Shown piece after piece: positions 57,401 to 64,000 of a stretch of DNA of 64,000 nt. A program made the translations under genes and the position numbers. Source of the stretch: Myxococcota bacterium (lineage in GTDB: Bacteria; Myxococcota_A; UBA796; UBA2385); NCBI GenBank assembly GCA_044344255.1, contig JBIJDH010000001.1, forward strand, positions 1 through 64,000, in the 5' to 3' direction. How positions within the stretch are numbered: position 1 is the first letter of the stretch; each line of letters begins with the position of its first letter. Below the pieces are notes generated by a model, which did no database searches, was not told the DNA's origin, and was given only the letters and a program-made list of their open reading frames with translations.

Positions 57401-58291
57401 GATGCCGAGCCAGGCCCCGGCGCTGCCGCTGATGGTGGTGGTCGGGGAGCTGTAGAGGGGATCAACCTCAACCGGATAGACCGCGCCCGCGTCGTCGACC
57501 ACGACGCGCAGCGTGTCGCCCTCCGCCTCGAAGTGGATCGGCAAGGGCGCACCCCGGGCGTCCCAGGCGGAGAGGTCACCCACGTCGAGGAGGGCGCCCC
57601 CGGCGCCGAGCAGGCTCGCCCGCTGGCCGGCCTCTTCCAACTCAAAGGTCCCGCCAGGCGCCCGCGTGTCGAAGCGCAGCGGACCCGACCCCGCGGGGGG
57701 CTCTTCCACCGTCCAGCCCTGCTGGAGCCCGGTGTCGTGACCGCCCCACCAGGCGATGAGGCCGTCCTGCGCGTACTCGAGGCGGCGGACGCAGTCGCCC
57801 GACGGATCGAGGGCTGGGCCGAGGCAGGCCCCGAGGGCGGGCGTGGCGGCGGGCAGGGCGATCGCGCGGTCGAGCCGGCCCCAGGCGACGAGCTCGAGGT
57901 CGAGCGCCTCGTCGTCTACAGACAGCGTGGGCCCGCGCCCGCCGAAGCGCGCCGCCAGCCCCGCGGCGGGGAGGCTCACCCGGGCCACCCCATCCAACAC
58001 CTCGATGGCGCTCCGCCCCGCGCTCACCCGCTGGAGGAGCTCCGCCCGCCACACCGCAGCGCTGGAGGGGGCCTGGAGGGAGGCCGGCGCCGGGGCCCCT
58101 TCGCCGAGGTGCGCGGTGTCGTCGCCCTCTCCCGCCCCGCCTGGCGCCCCGCAGCCCGCGAGCAGCGAAGCGCCGACCCACAACAGCAGGCCGCCGGGCC
58201 TCACGCGCCCCTCCCCGGCGAGGCGACAACCGGCGGAGGCGCGCCGGGAGCGGGGCGGGAGGTCGGTCACCGGGCGTCCACTCGCGGTCAT
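54482..58291 (-). CDS. Large surface protein: 7 FG-GAP (integrin-alpha-like) repeats, 8 Cys/Asp metal-binding repeats, MYXO-CTERM-like tail
   Basis: Seven GDVxxDGYxD-type motifs; eight DCDD..A.V.PGA.E..DG.DQDCDG units; tail GGCS...LAALALVAAIGLRRRR. Confidence 0.88.
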   Translation of the reverse strand: MTASGRPVTDLPPRSRRASAGCRLAGEGRVRPGGLLLWVGASLLAGCGAPGGAGEGDDTAHLGEGAPAPASLQAPSSAAVWRAELLQRVSAGRSAIEVLDGVARVSLPAAGLAARFGGRGPTLSVDDEALDLELVAWGRLDRAIALPAATPALGACLGPALDPSGDCVRRLEYAQDGLIAWWGGHDTGLQQGWTVEEPPAGSGPLRFDTRAPGGTFELEEAGQRASLLGAGGALLDVGDLSAWDARGAPLPIHFEAEGDTLRVVVDDAGAVYPVEVDPLYSSPTTTISGSAGAWLGISLAGAGDVNNDGYGDLIVGSFMYGSQNGRAWVYHGSASGVGTSAATTLSASHTAAWFGYSVDTAGDVDNDGYDDVIVGTSNASPYTAYVYLGSASGVSTTATTTLTATSWIYSVGHAGDVNGDGRGDVVLGICQGAYARAYLGTATGVSTSVHASFTLTSGPLCAAMGAGDVNGDGYDDLVVGNGDYSAQAGRVSLFHGSASGLSTTAAVRLSSPEAASNFGAVVSPAGDVNGDGYDDILAAAPDYGANAGYFAVYHGSSAGIQSAAAVSYSGASATELGTCLGDAGDVDQDGYADIIAGSSGVNEAYVLSGSASGLSSADMTTISGSGFLGASCDGLGDADGDGYDDVAVGAYGVSSNAGAVYVFSGCADADGDGYCGSDDCDDSDATIYSGATETVGDGVDQNCDGKETCYTDADNDGYRVSTWRTSTDTDCTDSGEATSADPSGDCDDNDATVNPGATETTGDGFDQNCDGKETCYADADDDGYRITSTVSSSDSDCSDSGEARGSEPSGDCDDTNATVHPYAVEIPGDAVDEDCDGGELCYRDGDDDGYRVSATMVSTDADCSDSGEALSADPADDCDDADGAVYPGALEIEGDEIDEDCDGGELCYVDFDNDSWRLDSTLPSLDEDCSDSGEGRASDSNGDCDDGDPAVHPGATEVVGDGIDQDCDGSEACYGEADGDGYRNDTFIPSADGDCTDPGEALTDVEGGDCDDADADVHPGATELVGDEIDQDCDGGELCYRDGDGDLWRVDTTVTSFDADCVDDDEAAAGVPRGDCNDSDPDVHPGADEVVDDGRDQDCDGGEVCFLDEDGDGYRADGTGTVESTDLDCVDGGEGSATDPDGDCNDQDDTVFPGAAELEDGQDNDCDGVGDDVGLDSDGDGLSDLEEAALGTDPNDPDTDGGGATDGEEVADGTNPWKALDDRASQELKGGCSAVPTLASGPLGARGLAALALVAAIGLRRRRAPAGSV
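54789..56290 (-). repeat. Coding tandem repeats of about 200 bp (Cys/Asp-rich units)
   Basis: Recurrent gccgtcacagtcct../cgcagtcgcc motifs at about 198-nt spacing. Confidence 0.8.
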
Positions 58292-58378
58292 GCTTCTGCT
58301 CCTCCCGACACAAGGGTGGATCCGTAAGGCGGCGCGGGCGGGATGTCGACGGATCGGGTAACCGCGCCGATGCCACCG

Positions 58379-59254
58379 ATGAACGCCTCAACTGTCGCCG
58401 GGGTGCTGCTCGGCCTCCTGGCCAGCGCCGCGTGGGGCTTCGCCAACATCGTGATCAGCCAGACCGCGCGCGCCCAGGGGCCGGTGCTGCCCCTGCTCTG
58501 GGGGCAGGCCTTCGGCTTCGTGCTGCTCGGGCTCGCCTCGCTCCGCTGGCCGGCCACGGGGCCCTTTGAGGCCTGGGGCTGGCTGCTGCTGGCCGGCGTC
58601 TCCTGCGCGGTCGCCTACACGGGCATGTTCCGGGCCTTCGCCGGAGGGCCGGTCTCGGTGGCGAGCCCGATCATCGCCGGCTGGGCGGCGGTGAGCGCGC
58701 TGCTCGGCGTCGTCCTCTTCGACGAGTCGATGCCCCCGCTCCGCCTGCTCGGGGGCGCCCTCGCGGTGGGCGGCGTCGTGCTCATCGCCAGCCGGTCCGG
58801 CGGGCCCTCGAACCCCGGTGACTGGCGCGCCAGCCGGGCCGACGTCCTGCTCTCCGCCGCCGCCAGCGCCCTCGGCTTTGGCCTCGCCGTGACCGCCACC
58901 CGCCCGCTCGCCGAGAGCCTCGGCCCCATCCTGTCGATCGCCGCGATGTGGCTCGTCCAGTGGGTCTTTGTGGTGCCCTACGCTGCCAGCCGCCCCGAGC
59001 GGCGCGTGTGGCCGGGGGCCCGAGCGCTGCCCCTGATCCTGCTCTTCGGGCTGCTCGAGACGGTGGGCTTCATCGCCGTCACCCTCGGCGCACAGGTCTC
59101 TCCGCTCTCGGTGGTCTCCCCGGCCGCGAGCCTGGGCTCGCTGTTCAGCGTGCTGCTCGGGCGGCTCCTGCTCGGGGAGCTCGTCGCGCCCGCGCTCTAC
59201 GGGTGGAGCATCGTGGTCGTCTCGGGTGTCATCCTCCTGGGGATCTCCGGATAG
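58379..59254 (+). CDS. DMT/EamA family transporter
   Basis: About 10 TM in two repeats; GPVSVASPI, SVVSP...LLGE. Confidence 0.85.
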   Translation: MNASTVAGVLLGLLASAAWGFANIVISQTARAQGPVLPLLWGQAFGFVLLGLASLRWPATGPFEAWGWLLLAGVSCAVAYTGMFRAFAGGPVSVASPIIAGWAAVSALLGVVLFDESMPPLRLLGGALAVGGVVLIASRSGGPSNPGDWRASRADVLLSAAASALGFGLAVTATRPLAESLGPILSIAAMWLVQWVFVVPYAASRPERRVWPGARALPLILLFGLLETVGFIAVTLGAQVSPLSVVSPAASLGSLFSVLLGRLLLGELVAPALYGWSIVVVSGVILLGISG

Positions 59255-59287
59255 ACCCAGACACCGTCGTCCCCGGGAGAGGTGTCC

Positions 59288-60673
59288 ATGCCGCGCGCCC
59301 CCGATCCCGCCTGGGTCGCCACCACCCGCTTCGGCCTCGGGGCCCGCGGCGGCGAGCTCCGCGCCGCGCGGGCCGATCCCCGCGGCTGGCTGCTCGCCCA
59401 GCTCGACCAGAGCGCCGATGAGGCGGGCCTCAGCACCCTGTCCGGCACCCGCGATCTCCTCGTCCAGGTGGGGGATGTGCGACGCGAGGCTGACCCCGAC
59501 ACCGCGCGCCGCGAGGCCCGCCAGGCCGCGGCCGCCGTGCTCCAGGCCGAGGCCGAGGCCCGGATGCGGGTGGCCGGCACCACCACCACCCCCTTCCGCG
59601 AGCGCTGGCTGCGCTTCTGGTCGAACCACTTCACGGTCTCGGCGCAGCGGCTGCTGGTCACCGCCTTCTCCGGCGCCTTCGAGCGAGAGGCCATCCGCCC
59701 CGCCGTGCTCGGCGCCTTCTCCGAGCTCCTGCTCAGCGTCTGTCGGCACCCGGCGATGCTCGTCTACCTCGACAATTCGAGCTCGATCGGCCCTCACTCC
59801 GAGGCCGGCCTCCGGCGGGGCAAGGGGCTCAACGAGAACCTCGCCCGCGAGATCTTGGAGCTGCACACCCTCGGGGTCAACGGCGGCTACAGCCAGGCCG
59901 ACGTGATCGCGCTGGCGCAGATCCTCACCGGCTGGGGGGTCGTGCGCCGCCCCGACAAAGACCAGGGCCGGGTCGGGCCCTTCGTCTTCAACCGCGACCG
60001 CCACGAGCCGGGCACCAAGCGCCTGCTCGGCCGCGACTATGTCGAGCAGGGCGAGCTCGAGGGCCGGGCCGCCCTGCGAGACCTCGCCGCCCACCCGAGC
60101 ACCGCCCGCTTCATCGCCACCAAGCTCTGCCGGCACTTCGTCCATGACACGCCGCCCGAGGCCGCGGTCGCCACGCTGGAGCGCCGCTTCCTCGACACGG
60201 GGGGCGACCTCCGCGAGCTCGCGGTGGCCGTGGTCGGCCTGGAGGCGGCCTGGACCCGCGGCGGCAGCAAGGTCAAGACCCCCGACGAGCTCTTGATCTC
60301 CACCGCGCGCGCGCTCCAGCTCGGCGGCGGCGAGACGGGGTCGAGCGGCCGCTGGGGCGAGCGCGACTGGGCCGCCACGGCGGTGACCGAGTGCGCCGCC
60401 CTCGGGCAAGCCGCCTTCCAGGCCCCCTCCCCCGCCGGCTGGTCCGAGCTCGCCCGCGACTGGGCCGGGCCGGGGCAGGTGCTCCGCCGGGTCGAGCTGG
60501 CCGAGGCCGTCGGTCGGCAGGCCCGGGCGCGGGTCACCGACCCCCTGAGGTGGGCGGGCGAGGTGCTGGGCGCCGAGCTCGAGGGCCCCCTCACCGAGGC
60601 CGTCCGCGGCGCCCCCGACACCGCCGCCGCCATCACCTACGTCCTCGCCAGCCCTGCCTTCCAGCGGAGGTGA
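59288..60673 (+). CDS. DUF1800 family protein
   Basis: FWSNHF, PAMLVYLDN, NENLAREILELHTLG, ends ASPAFQRR. Confidence 0.9.
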   Translation: MPRAPDPAWVATTRFGLGARGGELRAARADPRGWLLAQLDQSADEAGLSTLSGTRDLLVQVGDVRREADPDTARREARQAAAAVLQAEAEARMRVAGTTTTPFRERWLRFWSNHFTVSAQRLLVTAFSGAFEREAIRPAVLGAFSELLLSVCRHPAMLVYLDNSSSIGPHSEAGLRRGKGLNENLAREILELHTLGVNGGYSQADVIALAQILTGWGVVRRPDKDQGRVGPFVFNRDRHEPGTKRLLGRDYVEQGELEGRAALRDLAAHPSTARFIATKLCRHFVHDTPPEAAVATLERRFLDTGGDLRELAVAVVGLEAAWTRGGSKVKTPDELLISTARALQLGGGETGSSGRWGERDWAATAVTECAALGQAAFQAPSPAGWSELARDWAGPGQVLRRVELAEAVGRQARARVTDPLRWAGEVLGAELEGPLTEAVRGAPDTAAAITYVLASPAFQRR

Positions 60674-60676
60674 CCC

Positions 60677-61957
60677 CTGCTCGATCGACGCCGCCTGCTC
60701 ACCGGGATGCTCCACGGTGCCGCGCTGCTCGGCGGCGCCTCCCTGCTCGGGCTGCCCGCCCTCCACCCGGGCCGCCTCGCCTTCGCCGCCGGGGCGGGGG
60801 ATCGCCGCCTGCTCGTGCTGATCAACCGAGGGGCGATGGACGGGCTCGGCGCCGTGCCCGCCCACGGTGACCCGGCCTATCGGAGCGCGCGGGGGGCGAT
60901 GGCGCTGGACCCGGTCGGCGGCGGCCCCGGCGGGGTGCTCGATCTCGACGGCCACTTCGGCCTCCACCCCGCGCTCGCCCCCCTCCACCCGTGGTGGGCC
61001 AGCCGCGAGCTCGGCCTCGTCCACGCCGTCGCCCTCCCCTGCCGCACCCGCTCGCACTTCGACGCCCAGGACGCCCTTGAGGGCGGCGCCGCCACCCCGC
61101 ACGGCGCGCCCGACGGCTGGCTCAACCGGGCGCTGGGCCGAATGAAGCCCCGCGGCGCCACGCCCACCGCGATCGGCCCGAGCCTCCCCCTGCTCCTCCA
61201 GGGGCCCGCCGCCGCCACCTCGGTGGACCTCGCCCACGACACGGAGCTGTCCGACGACCTCCTCGACGTGATCGCCGCGCTGTACGCGGGTGACCCGCTG
61301 CTCGGCCCCGCCCTCCAGGAGGGGCGGGGGAGCATGCCGGTAGCGCAAGAGCGGATGCAGGAGGAGCCGGCGACGATGGGCGGAGGGGGACTTCGGCGGC
61401 GCCAGGCCTCCCTCCGCTCGGTGGCCACCGCCGCGGGGGCCCTGCTCGGCCGCGCCGACGGCCCGAGGGTCGCCGTGCTCGAGACCGGGGGCTGGGACAC
61501 CCACAGCGGCCAGGGCACCACCGTCGGGCGCCTCGCCCGCCAGCTCAGCGGCCTCGCGGGGGGCCTCGAGGCCCTCAAGGCCGGCATGGGGGCGGCCTGG
61601 TCCGACACCATCGTCGTCATCGTCTCGGAGTTCGGGCGCACCGTCGCCGGAAACGGCACCGGCGGCACCGATCACGGGACCGGCGGCGTCGTGATGCTCT
61701 GCGGCGGTGCCGTGGCCGGCGGGGTCGTGCGCGGGGAGTGGCCGGGCCTCTCCCCCGACCGCCAGTTCGAAGGACGCGACCTCCTGCCCACCACCGACCT
61801 CCGCGCGGTCTGGAAGGGCGTGCTGCGCGACCACCTCGGCCTCGACGAGGCGGCGCTGGCCGAGGTCGTCTTCCCGGACAGCGCCGCGGTGCAGCCGATG
61901 GAGGGTCTCTGTCGGGACGGCGCGCTCAGTCGGCCAGCTCCGCCTCGATCACCGTGA
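60677..61957 (+). CDS. DUF1501 family protein (Tat-like signal); probable CTG start
   Basis: RGAMDGL, RSHFDAQ, GGWDTH, SEFGRT, GTDHG; DRRRLL lies upstream of the first ATG (60707). Confidence 0.88.
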   Translation: MLDRRRLLTGMLHGAALLGGASLLGLPALHPGRLAFAAGAGDRRLLVLINRGAMDGLGAVPAHGDPAYRSARGAMALDPVGGGPGGVLDLDGHFGLHPALAPLHPWWASRELGLVHAVALPCRTRSHFDAQDALEGGAATPHGAPDGWLNRALGRMKPRGATPTAIGPSLPLLLQGPAAATSVDLAHDTELSDDLLDVIAALYAGDPLLGPALQEGRGSMPVAQERMQEEPATMGGGGLRRRQASLRSVATAAGALLGRADGPRVAVLETGGWDTHSGQGTTVGRLARQLSGLAGGLEALKAGMGAAWSDTIVVIVSEFGRTVAGNGTGGTDHGTGGVVMLCGGAVAGGVVRGEWPGLSPDRQFEGRDLLPTTDLRAVWKGVLRDHLGLDEAALAEVVFPDSAAVQPMEGLCRDGALSRPAPPRSP

Positions 61958-63824
61958 CCATCTCTTCAAGCTCGAACGCGTTGTTCGCATAGACGACGAC
62001 CCCGTCCGTGCCGATGATCCAGTCTTGCGGATAGGCGGCCGACGGAAAGGCCATGAGCTGGTTGTAGACCTCCGAGACCTCGCCGTCCGCATCGACGAGG
62101 ATCGGGAAGCTCAGCCCATACGCGTCGCGGAAACGCTCGAGCGCGTCCACGGGCTCATGGCTCGCGATCCCCCAGACCACCACGCCCTGCTCTTGATACC
62201 GCTGCCACACGCTCAGCTCGATGTCCGAGACCTCGGACGGACAGGCTGGTCACCAGGTAGCGAAGTAGACCAGCACCACCGGCACCCCGGCCTGGAGGGA
62301 GAGCTGGTGGACCTCGCCGTCGAGGTCGGGGAGCGCGAAGTCGGGCGCGACCTCTCCCAAGGCCACACCCACCCCCCGCTCCTCGGCGACGACCGCGATC
62401 TCGCGCTGGGGGTCGTCGGGATCGTCCGTGTTGAGCCGAACCGAGGCGGACACGGGCTCCCCCGCGGAGAGGGTGAGGCGGAGGTGACCCTCCCCGCCCG
62501 GCGGCACGGTCTCGGCGGTGGACTCGACGGTCAGGCGCTCGCTGCTCGGGCAGACCCCGCGCAGCGACAGCGCCGCGCCGCCGAGGTTGGCGAACGCGAT
62601 CTCCACCGAGCCCCCCTCCGGAGAGAGGTGCAGCGTGTCGGCGCCCAGGCGGAGGTCGGGGCCGGAGCGGCCGAGCGCGGCCTCCTGCACCTCGAGCCAC
62701 CCCCAGGCCGCCACCACCGCGCGGTCACCCTCCGCGGCGAGCCCCATCGCCCACTGATCGGTCCCCTCCGTGCCGATGGGGGTTGGGAGGAGGGGGTCCG
62801 CGAGGTCGAAGGCGACCGTGCCCTGGAGGTCGGCCACCCAGAGGAGCTCCGCGGTGGCCCCCAAGCCGACCGCGCTGCCAAGGATGGACAGGGCGCCCTG
62901 GCTGTCCGGGGCGTCCGGGTCTGACAGGTCAAAGACCTCGACCCCCGCCCCGCCCTCGGCGGCGTAGAGCGCGCCGCCGTCTGCCGACAGGGCGAGGTCC
63001 ATCACCGCCCCAGCGGTGGGGAGCGTGGTGAGCACGGAGAGGCCGCCCGCCGAGCTGTCGAGGACCGAGAGGCCGGCGGCCCCACCCGCGACGTAGATCC
63101 GATCGCCCCAAGCAACCAGCTCCCAGATGTTGCCGAGCCCCGCTACGCTCCCCGCCTCGACGGCGCGGCCCTCGGCGTCCACCTCGAGCCGCAGCACCCG
63201 CCCGTCCAGCCCTCCGACGAAGAGGCTGTCCCCCACGGCGGCCATCCCGGACAGGCCGGGCTCGAGCCGCAGGGGTGAAGTGCGGAGCGCCGCAGGGTCA
63301 CGCGCGTCGATGCGCCACAGACCGCGGTCGCGGTGGGTCGCATAGACCACGGCGTCCGGGCCCCCCGCCTCGAGGTGATAGTAGCGGCCCTGGGCCTCCA
63401 CCGCGTCGTCGTATCCGATCAGGGCCGGGGCCTCGGGCACGGAGAGGTCCACGACAAAGAGGCCCCCCTGTCCGACCAGATAGGCCACCTGCCCGTCCGG
63501 GGAGAGCTCCACCTCCAGGACCTCGGCCAGCACATCCTCTTGAAGGAAGAGGGAGCCGACCGGCCACAGCGGATCGCGCGCGGGGTCCGGCGCCGACTCG
63601 GCCGAACAGTCCGTCGGCAGGGGAACCCACTCGGCCGCCGGCGCGCCGGTGTCGGGGGCGTCGGCCTCGTCGGCCGGCCCATGCCCCTTCCCGCCGCCAG
63701 GGCGGTCGTGGCCGCAGCCGACGAGCGAAGCGCCGAACACGAGCGCCGACAGGCCGGGGGCCGCGCCAGAGCCAGCGGGAGCACAACGGCGAGAGAGAGC
63801 ACGAGTGCGTGGGCGGGAGGTCAT
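61926..63824 (-). CDS. Probable selenoprotein: lipoprotein with LVIVD-type propeller, Ig-like domain and TlpA/AhpC-TSA redoxin domain (UxxC)
   Basis: APDFALPDLDG...VVLVYFATW-TGA-PAC continues in frame into the 61926-62210 ORF (FPILVD, YP.DWIIGTDG); hairpin 11 nt after the TGA; lipobox LVGC. Confidence 0.85.
62214..62249 (-). promoter_or_regulatory. Candidate bacterial SECIS element
   Basis: After the UGA: 11-nt spacer, then GUCCGAG-GU-CUCGGAC (62238-62223); lower pairing CAGC/GCUG. Confidence 0.7.
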
Positions 63825-63946
63825 CCGGTCTCCTGACCGCCCATAGCCGAGCCGGCGGCGTCGGCAAGGGAGCCGCCGGACACGGCCGGCCCAGCGACGG
63901 CGCCCCCCCCGCGGCGCAGGCGGGGGAGCCGCGATAGCAGCCGAGC

Positions 63947-64000
63947 ATGCCGACGCTCAGCCCCCTCCTCCTCTCCCACCTGCTCCTCGTCCGCTCCGCC
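63947..64000 (+). CDS. Possible 5' end of a secreted protein running off the window
   Basis: ATG then MPTLSPLLLSHLLLVRSA, signal-peptide-like. Confidence 0.3.
   Translation, partial: MPTLSPLLLSHLLLVRSA

Noticed and set aside
60671..60673. In-frame TGA between DUF1800 and DUF1501 as possible Sec
   Set aside because: FQRR is the normal DUF1800 end, and a separate RBS and signal peptide follow
58388..61834. 1148-aa minus-strand ORF
   Set aside because: Antisense shadow of EamA, DUF1800 and DUF1501
1..64000. rRNA, tRNA (including selC), riboswitches, intact transposases
   Set aside because: None recognised by eye; intergenic spaces are short. A tRNAscan-SE/Infernal run is needed to exclude them

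Overview
Very GC-rich bacterial chromosome segment with Myxococcota-like hallmarks: MYXO-CTERM-type tails, a Ser/Thr kinase-TPR-lipoprotein triad and a FG-GAP/Cys-Asp repeat surface protein. Left end (1-10 kb): a partly decayed sulfur-metabolism module (sigma54 promoter > persulfide dioxygenase > TsdA-type diheme cytochrome > porin > broken sterol-desaturase-family gene, plus a USP and a YeeE/YedE remnant), an unusual ROK-like/kinase gene pair and an amidohydrolase pseudogene. Middle: mltG, an atypical Hsp70 operon, an LLM/asparaginase-II pair, a 9-heme cytochrome, MMPL, SDRs, the lolC/E-lolD-bamA-skp-lpxD-fabZ envelope cluster, corA, PBP1A and glgC. Right end: a TraAB-like adhesin/OmpA pair, DUF1800/DUF1501, and the strongest hidden signal: two ORFs (62250-63824 and 61926-62210, minus strand) that are one reading frame joined by an in-frame TGA in a W-U-P-A-C thioredoxin-fold motif, followed by a SECIS-like hairpin, i.e. 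a probable lipoprotein-anchored propeller/redoxin selenoprotein. No rRNA, tRNA or CRISPR array was recognised. All family calls come from motif recognition by eye, not from database searches.
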